NCBI GenBank assembly: GCA_003599055.1
Contig: QZIM01000023.1
Coordinates: 24,346 to 88,345, forward strand
Length of the DNA: 64,000 nucleotides
Reading direction: 5' to 3'
Source of the DNA: Candidatus Woesearchaeota archaeon
GTDB lineage: Archaea > Nanobdellota > Nanobdellia > Woesearchaeales > ARS49
Shown: positions 32,215-40,458 of the stretch, one piece after another
Layout: every line of letters starts with the position of its first letter
How positions within the stretch are numbered: the stretch's first letter is position 1
The notes under the pieces: model-generated
Seen by the model: only the letters and a program-made list of their open reading frames with translations
Told to the model about the DNA's origin: nothing
Databases searched by the model: none
Made by a program: the position numbers and the translations under genes

Positions 32215-33616
32215 AGCTTTTTGCGACTTGTATCATTTTGTGTTCGTGGAAGTGTGGCGCGGTTATCATGAGGCCGACCGGCATTCCGTGTGCTTCTCCG
32301 ATTGGTATGGTGATGTGGGGGAGTCCTGCAAGGTTGGGCGGGACGGTAAGAACGTCCATTTGGTAGTGTTGCAGGGGTGTTAGGTTTTTGAGTTCGTCGA
32401 ACGTGGGCGCGACAAGGGGCATTGTGGGCGTGACAATAACGTCAACGTCCTTGAACACTGCTTGGTATTCCTGAATAATTTTGGTGCGCGCCTGCGCTGC
32501 TTTGGTGTAGAATGCGTCGCGATAGCCTGCCATGCGTGCAAAGGTGCCAAGGAGTACGCGCCGTTTTGCTTCTTCGCCGAGGTGGTTGTCGCGTACACGC
32601 GAGAAGTAGTCGTTGTAATTTCCCGAGAGTGCTTCGCTTGCGCCGTAGCGGATGCCGCAGTATTTGGCGAGGTTGGTTGAGGCTTCGCTCATGGCAAGGG
32701 TGTAGTATGCGGCAAGCCCGTATTTGGTGCTGATGGGGAGTTTTATGTCGAGCCTTCGTGCTCCGTTTTGTTCAAGTTGTTGCAGGGCGAGCATAAGGAC
32801 GCGCCGTGTTGTGTTGTCCATGGTTTCGGGGAATGAGTCTTGGGGGATGCCGATGCGAAGTCCGTGTATTGCGCGCGGGATGTCGGTGAGCGGGTCTGTT
32901 GGCGCATTTGCGCTGGTGGAATCGTGCGGGTCTGGCCCGCTGATGGCGTCAAGAAGCAGGGCGGCGTCTTCAACCGTGAGTGCCATACTGCCGATTTTGT
33001 CAAGGGAGTTTGCGTAGTCGATGAGGCCGTATCGCGAGACGCGCCCAAAGGTGGGCGTGAGTCCGACGGCTCCGCAAAAGCTTGCGGGGTTTGCGATTGA
33101 CCCGCCGGTGCTTTCTGCGAGGGCAAGGTGGGGGAAGGGTGCTTTTTTGGTGAGTCCTGCGGCTCCGCCTGATGACCCTCCGCAGGTTCTTTTTTTGTCA
33201 AGCGGGTTAAGTGGTTTTTCAATGCCTGTTCCGGTGTTGATGCTAAAGCCGCCGAATCCGAATTCGTCTTGGACGGTTTTGCCTAAAATGATGGCGCCTT
33301 CATCAAGGCAGCGCTGAACTGCCGTGGCGTTGTAGAGGGGCTTGTATCCTTTGAGTATTGCTGAACTGGCGGTGCTTTCAACGCCCTGAACGCACAAGTT
33401 GTCCTTAACGGAGATAATGACGCCGAAGAGTTTGCCGCGTGCATTTCCTGTTTTGGCGAGTTGCTGGAGTTGTTCTGCGCGCGCAACCGGGTCTGCCCAG
33501 GCGGCAATGTAGCGGTATTCTTTGTTGATTGCGTGGGCGGATTCAAGTGCTTTGCTTGCGTGTTCGACAAGGTCGATGTTTCCTCGTTTTGCGTCCGTGA
33601 TGAATTGTTGTATCAT
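32201..33616 (-). CDS. gatA: amidotransferase subunit A (amidase signature family)
   Basis: Amidase signature with CGGSSGGAAG. ATG 33616 overlaps the gatC stop (ATGA); the track ORF extends to 33691. Confidence 0.95.
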   Translation of the reverse strand: MIQQFITDAKRGNIDLVEHASKALESAHAINKEYRYIAAWADPVARAEQLQQLAKTGNARGKLFGVIISVKDNLCVQGVESTASSAILKGYKPLYNATAVQRCLDEGAIILGKTVQDEFGFGGFSINTGTGIEKPLNPLDKKRTCGGSSGGAAGLTKKAPFPHLALAESTGGSIANPASFCGAVGLTPTFGRVSRYGLIDYANSLDKIGSMALTVEDAALLLDAISGPDPHDSTSANAPTDPLTDIPRAIHGLRIGIPQDSFPETMDNTTRRVLMLALQQLEQNGARRLDIKLPISTKYGLAAYYTLAMSEASTNLAKYCGIRYGASEALSGNYNDYFSRVRDNHLGEEAKRRVLLGTFARMAGYRDAFYTKAAQARTKIIQEYQAVFKDVDVIVTPTMPLVAPTFDELKNLTPLQHYQMDVLTVPPNLAGLPHITIPIGEAHGMPVGLMITAPHFHEHKMIQVAKSYDKK

Positions 33617-33897
33617 AGTGTTTTTGGTCCTTTGAAGTACTTGTCTTTTTTGTGGGGGGTGAGGGCAAGCGCATCTTCGCGGTTCACGCACGGTTGAGGC
33701 GTGTCTTCGCGGGTGATGTTTTGGATGGGGGTGGGGTGAAACGACGGCGGCACGTTTGCAGTGTCAAGTTCGTTCAATATTTCAAAGTTGGTGAGGATGT
33801 CCTGCAGGTCTTTGGCGAACGTTTTGATTTCTTCGTCTTTGAGCCGAAGCCGTGCGTTTTGCGCGACTTTTTTGACAAGGTCAGGAGTGATTTCCAT
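33613..33897 (-). CDS. gatC: amidotransferase subunit C
   Basis: 94 aa; ITPDLVKKVAQNARLRLKDEEIKTFAKDLQDILTNFEILNELDT is the typical GatC pattern. First gene of the gatCAB operon. Confidence 0.85.
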   Translation of the reverse strand: MEITPDLVKKVAQNARLRLKDEEIKTFAKDLQDILTNFEILNELDTANVPPSFHPTPIQNITREDTPQPCVNREDALALTPHKKDKYFKGPKTL

Positions 33898-34018
33898 AAG
33901 GGAAAGGAGTTCTGATGATGTTTAAAAAGAGTGTGGTTGCCGATTTTCGGAAAAGCAGCGTAGTTTCAGAAAATGTTCAGACCTGTTCGGAATAGTTCCC
34001 GCTTTTTCGTCGATGACT

Positions 34019-34029
34019 TCTTTAAAAGA
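34019..34029 (+). promoter_or_regulatory. TATA-like box upstream of the class-II-like tRNA
   Basis: CTTTAAAAGAA lies about 22 nt upstream of 34051. A T6 run follows the RNA at 34170-34175. Confidence 0.45.
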
Positions 34030-34050
34030 AGAATGAAAAAGAAAAACCGC

Positions 34051-34166
34051 GGCGGGGTATGGCTAACCCGGTAAGCCGCAGAGCTGAAACCTCTGTGCCG
34101 AAAGGACTTCCGGGTTCAAAAACCTTGCGGTCTCAAGCTGTTGGGTTGAATTTCCCGGCCCCGCCG
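34051..34166 (+). tRNA. long-variable-arm (class II-like) tRNA with anticodon GAA and a 32-nt BHB intron in the T-loop (59/60)
   Basis: Acceptor GGCGGGG/CCCCGCC (flanking GC/GC could extend it to 9 bp); U8 A9; D arm with a GGC/GCC core; anticodon stem CAGAG/CTCTG with loop CU-GAA-AC (34086-34088); 14-nt variable region TGCCGAAAGGACTT. T stem CCGGG/CCCGG is interrupted by a perfect hBHBh' motif: TTCA|AAA|ACC...GGT|TGAA|TTT. Removing 34121-34152 gives the canonical T-loop TTCAAAT. Discriminator G. Confidence 0.6.
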
Positions 34167-34242
34167 CTCTTTTTTCAGAATAGGAAGGGATTCACCTAAC
34201 AAAAAAAGAGAGTACTTATAAGAGGATTAGTGAAGTCATCCT

Positions 34243-34851
34243 ATGAGGATAAAAATGGTAGTGTTACTCTTCTTGCTGATGAGTGCAGGAGTATGGGCAT
34301 GCAGTCTGACTAAAATTCCACCCCACATATCATTTGTCAGTAAAGACGAAGCAGTCTGCCATTCAATGATATCCACGTTCGATTCTCAAGGATTCAAACC
34401 ACCAAGCAGCGTGGCAATTCCTTGCACAATTCAAATCTCAAGCGTGTCAAGCGAAAGACCTTCCGCAAACGAACGAATAGACTCAATCGCATTGAGTGCA
34501 CCTGATTCTGAAACCATACTAAACTTTTTGACAAAATATCAAGACCAATACGTATCAATAGAAAAGCAAAGTGACAGTGAGTTCAATGAGTTTGAACAGA
34601 TGAGAAAGACTGTCAATGCTAATATTTGTAATTGTTCAAGAATAGATTTAATTGAGCGCTCTGATGGCTGGACTGCGTACACGATGGATGTAAAAGACAC
34701 TTGTTCTTTTGGAGCAAGCTGTTGGACGCCTCCTGCGCCGTGTCCTGGCGCGGATTACGTTGGCTTGCGAGCAAAGTTAACCTTCTGGGATATTGTTAAG
34801 CTGCCGTGGGCGTTTTTGAAGTTTATCAAATTCACCATATTTAATCTCTGA
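34243..34851 (+). CDS. AT-rich hypothetical secreted protein (lipobox-like VWAC)
   Basis: MRIKMVVLLFLLMSAGVWAC signal; Cys-rich C-terminus. Visibly lower GC (about 40-42% in sampled 60-mers) than the surrounding genes (about 53%). Confidence 0.45.
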   Translation: MRIKMVVLLFLLMSAGVWACSLTKIPPHISFVSKDEAVCHSMISTFDSQGFKPPSSVAIPCTIQISSVSSERPSANERIDSIALSAPDSETILNFLTKYQDQYVSIEKQSDSEFNEFEQMRKTVNANICNCSRIDLIERSDGWTAYTMDVKDTCSFGASCWTPPAPCPGADYVGLRAKLTFWDIVKLPWAFLKFIKFTIFNL

Positions 34852-34941
34852 GAACTGAAGACTGACTTCTGAGAACTGATAACTGAAAACCGAGAACTGA
34901 GTCATACCAACCACCAACTACAAACAACCAACTACTGACTA
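34848..34941 (+). repeat. phased heptanucleotide array (13 units) in a convergent spacer
   Basis: ctgagaa/ctgaaga/ctgactt/ctgagaa/ctgataa/ctgaaaa/ccgagaa/ctgagtc/ataccaa/ccaccaa/ctacaaa/caaccaa/ctactga/cta. Supplies TGA 34849-34851 to the + gene and TAG (cta 34939-34941) to aspS. Confidence 0.85.
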
Positions 34942-36711
34942 TTTCGGTCCTTTCGCAACATCAACTTTCAGGTTCAGCTCTTTCAGGAACTCAGGCGTCC
35001 ACTCCTGCGGGCTTCCGTCAAGCGGATTTTCAGTCGATTTGTTGCGTGGGAATGCGATGAATTCGCGGATGTCGTTTTGCCCGCCCATAAGGGCGACGAG
35101 GCGGTCAAAGCCAATGGCCATTCCGCCGTGGGGTGGTGCTCCGTATTTGAATGCTTCGAGCAAGAAGTCAAATCGTTTTGCTGCTTCTTCGTATGTTAAG
35201 CCTATTACTTTGAGGACGCGTTCCTGCATGTCTTTGCGGTGGATACGGATGCTGCCCGAGGAAAGTTCTACGCCGTTAAGGACAATGTCGTAGAGTTTGC
35301 CGCGGACCTGCCCGGGGTCGCTTTCGAGCTTGTCCCAGTCGTCGTCGTGCGGGCGGGTGAAGATGTGGTGGCGTGCGGCCCATTGGTTCGCATCGTCGTT
35401 CCATTCGTACATGGGAAAGTCAATGACCCAGAGGAATTTCCATTCGCCGTCTTTGATGAGGTTGAGTTTGCGGCCGAGGTGGAGGCGTACTTGTCCAAGG
35501 CCGTTTGCTGCCTTTTCGTATTGGTCTGCGGCAAAGAGGAGGAGGTCTCCGTCTTTTGCGGCTGTCGCAGTAAGCAGTTGTTGTTGTATTGCGGGCGAGA
35601 AGTATTTGGCGATGTTGCTTTCAAGTTTTCCCGCTTCTGCTTTCATCCAGGCAAGGCCGGGGAGTTTGTGTGTCTTTGCAATCTCGATAAGTTCTTCGAT
35701 ATCTCCGCGGGAGAAGTTTGCGCATCCGGGTGCTTTGAGGCAAAACACGCGGCCTGATTTGTCAACGACTGATTTGAAGACGCCAAAGTCTGAGTGTTTG
35801 ACGATGTCGGTAACTTCGGTGAATTCAAGACCGAAGCGAAGGTCAGGTTTGTCTGAGCCGTATGTGGTCATTGCTTCGTGGAAAGTCATGCGGGGGAATG
35901 GGAGGGGTAATTCAACGCCGAGTGTTTTTTTGAAGATGTGCGCAACGAGTTTTTCGCCGATGGACAGGACATCATCCATGTCGACAAAGCTCATTTCAAG
36001 GTCGATTTGGGTGAATTCGGGCTGGCGGTCTGCGCGCAAATCTTCGTCGCGCAGGCATCGTGCGAGTTGGAAGTAGCGGTCAAACCCGGAGACCATAAGG
36101 AGTTGTTTGTAAATTTGGGGTGATTCGGGAAGGGAGAAGAATTTGCCGGGGTGGACGCGCGATGGTGATTTGAACACGCGGGCGCCGCCGGGCGTTGTTT
36201 TGACGAGCAGGGGTGTTTCGATTTCGAGAAATGATTCTGAGCTTAAGAATTCGCGGGCGGCCTGTGCTGCTTTGTGGCGGAGCAAAAGGTGTGACTGCAT
36301 GGTTGGCCGGCGCAGGTCTAAGTAGCGGTATTTGAGCCGTGTTTCTTCGCTGGCAAGGTTGCGGTCGTCGATTTCGATGGGCGGTGTTTCTGCGTGGCTC
36401 AGGATTTCAAGCGTGTCCGCGATGACTTCGATTTCGCCGGTGGGGAGTTTGGGGTTGAGCATTCCTTCGGGGCGGTTTCGGACGTGTCCGTGAATGCGGA
36501 TAACAAATTCGCGGCCCAGGTGTTCTGATTGTGCGTGCGCGTCTTTGTTGTGCGATGGGTCGAAAACGATTTGCGTGATGCCAAAGCGGTCGCGAAGGTC
36601 GATGAAGATGAGCCCGCCGTGGTCGCGTCTTGTATGTACCCAGCCGCAAAGAGTGACTTCTTTTTTGAGGTCCGACGTGTTCAGTTGGCCGCAGGTGTGT
36701 GAGCGGAGCAT
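34939..36711 (-). CDS. aspS: aspartyl-tRNA synthetase, bacterial-type (with GAD insertion domain)
   Basis: 590 aa; LCGWVHTRRDHGGLIFIDLRDRFGITQ; motif 2 RDEDLRADRQPEFTQIDLEMSF; motif 3 GGMAIGFDRLVALM. Confidence 0.95.
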   Translation of the reverse strand: MLRSHTCGQLNTSDLKKEVTLCGWVHTRRDHGGLIFIDLRDRFGITQIVFDPSHNKDAHAQSEHLGREFVIRIHGHVRNRPEGMLNPKLPTGEIEVIADTLEILSHAETPPIEIDDRNLASEETRLKYRYLDLRRPTMQSHLLLRHKAAQAAREFLSSESFLEIETPLLVKTTPGGARVFKSPSRVHPGKFFSLPESPQIYKQLLMVSGFDRYFQLARCLRDEDLRADRQPEFTQIDLEMSFVDMDDVLSIGEKLVAHIFKKTLGVELPLPFPRMTFHEAMTTYGSDKPDLRFGLEFTEVTDIVKHSDFGVFKSVVDKSGRVFCLKAPGCANFSRGDIEELIEIAKTHKLPGLAWMKAEAGKLESNIAKYFSPAIQQQLLTATAAKDGDLLLFAADQYEKAANGLGQVRLHLGRKLNLIKDGEWKFLWVIDFPMYEWNDDANQWAARHHIFTRPHDDDWDKLESDPGQVRGKLYDIVLNGVELSSGSIRIHRKDMQERVLKVIGLTYEEAAKRFDFLLEAFKYGAPPHGGMAIGFDRLVALMGGQNDIREFIAFPRNKSTENPLDGSPQEWTPEFLKELNLKVDVAKGPK

Positions 36712-36749
36712 AGAACGGGCAATCAGAGGGTCGATTTATAAAGTTTTGG

Positions 36750-37190
36750 CTACCACGGTTTGCCTGCGTTGCCCGGCTTTTTTGTTGCGGCTTCGTGTGA
36801 CTTAACAAAATCTGATAGCCAGTTATGCCAATACGTGTGAATGGTTTCAGGATAATCTCTGCCTCGCGCGATGTAAATTTCCAATTTTTCGGCGTCAGGT
36901 ATGACCATATATTTGCCGGAGTCAGGATGCACCCAGTTCATTTCCCAATAAGTTTTGTTAAAAATTCGCGTAAGTATCTCTCTCACTGTTTGTGAACCTG
37001 ATTGACGATTTCCTGTTACACTTATTGCTGCTCGTGATGCGTGTCTGATTAAGGTGTCAAGATGATATGACTGAGAATACCCTGAACCTCCTGCAAGGGA
37101 ATTATATTGAGGAAAAAGTTCAGGAGGTATTTTTTTATTCGCATCGCCGTTTTTGGAAAGGTCATTGGGAATCCATTGCACTATTTCCAC
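36750..37190 (-). CDS. hypothetical protein; possibly the 3' part of a frameshifted gene
   Basis: The 146-aa ORF starts at GTG, but its frame stays open 60 codons further upstream (to 37370) without a start codon. A 37-codon ATG ORF (37261..37374) lies in the adjacent frame. AT-rich. Confidence 0.35.
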   Translation of the reverse strand: MEIVQWIPNDLSKNGDANKKIPPELFPQYNSLAGGSGYSQSYHLDTLIRHASRAAISVTGNRQSGSQTVREILTRIFNKTYWEMNWVHPDSGKYMVIPDAEKLEIYIARGRDYPETIHTYWHNWLSDFVKSHEAATKKPGNAGKPW

Positions 37191-37391
37191 TGAACGAGGA
37201 TCGTTGTTTGTGCAATCAGGAAATTTTTGGTAGTATTGATGCCAACGATAGAATTGAGTTTTAACTGCCTGTATCCGTTCTGCTGCTTTTGTGCAGGACT
37301 GACCCGTCGTATTTTGCTTCTTCTGATTCAGTGAGTCGGGGAACGGTCCAAACGATGGGAGGCAGGTGGCTCATAATCAATCACCGAGAAT

Positions 37392-37925
37392 TCAGCATTT
37401 TCGTTGGTCTGGCCGTTGTTGTGCCGCGTTTGCTTTTGCGCGTGCTTCAAGTTTTTCGAGTGCGGCGTCGCGCTGTTTTGCCCATTCTGCAATGCGGGTT
37501 TCGTGTTCGTTGTAGTTCCAGATAAGGTATTGCTGGTTTGACGGGTCCGGATATGCGAGTCCTTCAGCAGTGTCTTTCATCGCAGAGAAATTAAGGACGT
37601 GCGTCTGTATGCAGAGCGCACCTTGAATGGTGCCGTCAATGCTTGTTGCCGCATCATCTCGGGCGCAAAATTCGTCAAAGAGCCCTTTTTGAAACAGGGC
37701 ATAAACGAATTGTCCGACGATTGGGTCTCGTTCAAGGATTGGTCGCTGTTCTATGAATTTGTCAACGCTCCAGGGGTTGTGAGATGCGTCTGGTTGAAGT
37801 GGCTGGTTATATGAGGCATAGAACCCAAATTGGTTGCCTGCGTCAGCAAGGTATTTTTTGACTGCGAGCTCAAGCTGGTCGACAACGTTGCGGAAGGTAA
37901 TTGGTCCTGATATTGTTTTTCCCAT
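37392..37925 (-). CDS. hypothetical protein
   Basis: 177 aa with no recognisable motif. Promoter with TATTTAAAATTT and the palindromic motif upstream. Confidence 0.45.
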   Translation of the reverse strand: MGKTISGPITFRNVVDQLELAVKKYLADAGNQFGFYASYNQPLQPDASHNPWSVDKFIEQRPILERDPIVGQFVYALFQKGLFDEFCARDDAATSIDGTIQGALCIQTHVLNFSAMKDTAEGLAYPDPSNQQYLIWNYNEHETRIAEWAKQRDAALEKLEARAKANAAQQRPDQRKC

Positions 37926-37967
37926 AGTGAATGAGATGCGATTGGACTATTTAAAATTTACCAAAAA

Positions 37968-37984
37968 ACACCACTCTCAAGTAC
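37968..37984 (-). promoter_or_regulatory. palindromic upstream motif (copy 2)
   Basis: ACACCACTCTCAAGTAC, 8 nt distal to the TATA (37949-37960) of gene 37392..37925. 15/16 identical to 13142-13157. Confidence 0.5.
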
Positions 37985-38563
37985 TCATTTTTTGAATGAT
38001 ATTTTGAGGGCAAGGTCTTCGAGCTTTTCAAGCCCATACTTGATTGCATCAAACTTGCGGCGGACCGGTGTGTTGCGCCAGTCAAAGAGGAGGAGTTCGG
38101 CGTATAAGTCGGAAACGAACTGTTTGATTTCGAGCGGTGTTTTGTAATCGCCCGCTGCAGCCGAGTTGACTGCCTTGCGGACGAGTTCTCCGACCGTGTC
38201 CGAGAGAGCGCCCAAATACGTTTCGGTATCAACGCCGATTTCATCGGGCGCGGGCACGTTTCCTTCTTCAAGATAGCTGATGTAGCAGCACGCTTCTGCG
38301 TATTCTTCGCAGGCATCGCCAAGGGCACCGGTGCTTTGCGGGAGGAGGGGTTCTTTTTTAATAAGCGCGTTCATCGCGGCAATTTCTTTTTTGGCGGCAT
38401 CAAGAAGCGTGTGCGCTTCTTTGAGGTTGCCTCGGTGCGCGGCGTAAATGGCGTGTTTACTGGATTTGGTGGCTACGCGGCTGTGGGCGATGAGTTGTTC
38501 GCGGAGCTTGTCGAATTGTTCGAGTTCTGAGCGCAGTTGTGCGAATATTTTTTTGGTAATCAT
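37985..38563 (-). CDS. translin-family protein
   Basis: About 190 aa, all-helical. The pattern ..EEYAEACCYISYLEEG..P..DEIGVD.ETYLGALSDTVGELVRKAV.. resembles translin (Y..G..D..GEL.R). ATG 38563 is preferred over the track start 38611. Confidence 0.55.
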   Translation of the reverse strand: MITKKIFAQLRSELEQFDKLREQLIAHSRVATKSSKHAIYAAHRGNLKEAHTLLDAAKKEIAAMNALIKKEPLLPQSTGALGDACEEYAEACCYISYLEEGNVPAPDEIGVDTETYLGALSDTVGELVRKAVNSAAAGDYKTPLEIKQFVSDLYAELLLFDWRNTPVRRKFDAIKYGLEKLEDLALKISFKK

Positions 38564-38655
38564 AAGGAAAAGGCAAGTCTCTGCCTTTTTAAGCATTGTG
38601 GGAGGAAACATTTAAATACGTCGGTTCCGACTTTTAAGTCAAAAGAGCGTGGCGA

Positions 38656-39213
38656 ATGGCTGAAACAATACTGGGTAATGCAGTTGAGTTTTTCAAGGAA
38701 ATTGGAGTATATGATGTTTTGCTGCCGTTTTTGCTTGTGTTCACGATTATGTTCGCGATTTTGGAGCGGACAAGGGTTTTAGGGGTTGAAGCGGACGGTA
38801 AGTCAACGCGCAAGAACCTCAACAGTATGGTGAGTTTTGTCATCGCGTTTTTCGTGATTGCGTCAAGCAAGATTGTTGAGGCGATTACGCAGGTTTCAAG
38901 CCAGTTGATTGTGCTCCTGCTGCTCTTGGTCTTTTTTATGATGCTGATTGGCACATTCATCAGTGCAAAAGAGCTTGAGGAAAAGAAGGGCCCCTGGCTT
39001 GATTCTCCGTGGAAAACGGGCTTTATGGTGTTTGTCGCGATTTGCATTGTGTTCATTTTCCTCAATGCGTTAACGACTGAGGACGGCGACACGTGGCTGG
39101 AAGTGTTTTGGGACTGGCTGGGCAGGTTCTATACGGATACTGCCGTTGCCGCGTTAATCTTAATCATTTTCCTGATTGCAGTGTTGTATTTCATCGCAGG
39201 GAGGGGCGAGTAA
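38656..39213 (+). CDS. 4-TM membrane protein, paralog 1 of 4
   Basis: The N-terminal soluble ~20 aa is followed by the shared motif G.YDVLLPFLLVFTIMFAILERT. Four hydrophobic helices. Confidence 0.55.
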   Translation: MAETILGNAVEFFKEIGVYDVLLPFLLVFTIMFAILERTRVLGVEADGKSTRKNLNSMVSFVIAFFVIASSKIVEAITQVSSQLIVLLLLLVFFMMLIGTFISAKELEEKKGPWLDSPWKTGFMVFVAICIVFIFLNALTTEDGDTWLEVFWDWLGRFYTDTAVAALILIIFLIAVLYFIAGRGE

Positions 39214-39214
39214 T

Positions 39215-39832
39215 ATGTTATTCCAATTCCCCCTAACCCAGCCGGGCGGCCAGATTCAGCAGGTGATGTTTACGCTCCACCAGTGGGGATTAATAGATGC
39301 ATTCTTGCCGTTCCTGCTGATTTTTGCAGTGATTTTTGGTGTTTTGCAAAAAGTCGCGCTTTTCAAGGATGAGAAAGGCAAGGCAGACCGGCGGATGAAC
39401 GGAACGCTGGCATTTGTCATTGCTGCAATGGTCGTGATTCCGCACGTGACACGTACGTACCCTCCTCAATTTGACCCTGTTCTGATTATGCTGAACTTTT
39501 TGCCGCAGACGGGAATTTTGCTCATCGTACTTTTTGTGGTGGCAATGTTACTTGGGCTCGTCGCAACGCCGGCAGCGCCAAGTCAGGGGTTAAAGGCAGT
39601 TGGTTTTTTTGCATTGATTATTTTTGGCCTCGTGGTTCTGCAGGCAATTTATCCATCCGTTGCGCCGTCTTGGTTGCAAATAGACTCAAATACACAAGTT
39701 CTTATTATGACCTTACTCGTGTTTGGCTTAATTGTTTACTTTATCATTAGGGAGCCCGAACCCCCTGCTGCTCAGGGCGCTTCTAGTAAAACAGGTTTCT
39801 GGAAATTCTTGGAGGAGATTACCAAGCAATGA
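39215..39832 (+). CDS. 4-TM membrane protein, paralog 2 of 4
   Basis: MLFQFPLTQPGGQIQQVMFTLHQWGLIDAFLPFLLIFAVIFGVLQKV. ATG 39215 lies 1 nt after the upstream stop, with GGGAGGGG upstream. Clearly similar to paralog 3 along its whole length (..DRR.NG...A...AMVV.PHV.R.YPP..DPV.M.L..LP..). Confidence 0.6.
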   Translation: MLFQFPLTQPGGQIQQVMFTLHQWGLIDAFLPFLLIFAVIFGVLQKVALFKDEKGKADRRMNGTLAFVIAAMVVIPHVTRTYPPQFDPVLIMLNFLPQTGILLIVLFVVAMLLGLVATPAAPSQGLKAVGFFALIIFGLVVLQAIYPSVAPSWLQIDSNTQVLIMTLLVFGLIVYFIIREPEPPAAQGASSKTGFWKFLEEITKQ

Positions 39833-40455
39833 TGTTTCAGCTGCAGTATACGACTGGCGGGGAGCGCCTCACGCAGGTGTTCAGCACGTTAAACAATTAT
39901 GGCTTCCAGGATTTTTTTCTGCCGTTTCTCCTTATTTTTGCGCTCGTATTCGCGATTTTGCAAAAGGTACAACTTTTCACGACCACGATCCCTGCCGGAA
40001 CGGGAACGACGGGAGGCGTTAAGCCGGACAGGCGGATTAACGGGTTTATTGCTGCAGCAGTTGCGGCAATGGTCGTGGTTCCGCACGTGTTGAGGTTGTA
40101 CCCGCCGAATATGGACCCGGTGGAAATGATGTTGTGGGTGCTTCCAACCTCTGCAGTGGGGCTTATTGCAGTAATGCTTGGCCTTCTGTTCGTTGGGTTT
40201 ATGGTGCAGGACCCATCAAAAGTTACAGGGGTCAGTGCTTCCGTTGGTCTTATCGGTGCCGCACTAGTCTTGATAGCTGCGCTCAAGAGTATTTTGCCTG
40301 CGTTCTTGCCGCAGTGGTTGGTAATTGATACGCAAACGCAAACTATTTTAATTGTGATTGGCGCCCTTTTGGTTACCGTGTATTTCATCATTTCAGAACC
40401 TGAAGAGCCAAAGAAGTCAACGTCACAAAAATTGAAGGAGCTTTTCGGACCGTAA
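39829..40455 (+). CDS. 4-TM membrane protein, paralog 3 of 4
   Basis: MMFQLQYTTGGERLTQVFSTLNNYGFQDFFLPFLLIFALVFAILQKV. ATGA overlap with paralog 2. Confidence 0.6.
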   Translation: MMFQLQYTTGGERLTQVFSTLNNYGFQDFFLPFLLIFALVFAILQKVQLFTTTIPAGTGTTGGVKPDRRINGFIAAAVAAMVVVPHVLRLYPPNMDPVEMMLWVLPTSAVGLIAVMLGLLFVGFMVQDPSKVTGVSASVGLIGAALVLIAALKSILPAFLPQWLVIDTQTQTILIVIGALLVTVYFIISEPEEPKKSTSQKLKELFGP

Positions 40456-40458
40456 ACA

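Noticed and set aside
34086-34088. Genetic-code reassignment of UUY codons
   Set aside because: Standard translation gives Phe at conserved positions (for example KLFCGC in GatB and FRVHQF in SerRS), and a canonical tRNA-Phe is present. At most the odd tRNA causes ambiguity, or it is inactive.
34049-34168. tRNA-Sec interpretation of the 9-bp acceptor pairing (GCGGCGGGG/CCCCGCCGC)
   Set aside because: The anticodon is not UCA. The D arm is not the 6-7 bp / 4-nt-loop Sec type. 9 + 5 bp would exceed the 13-bp Sec geometry. The two outer pairs are more simply leader/trailer pairing.
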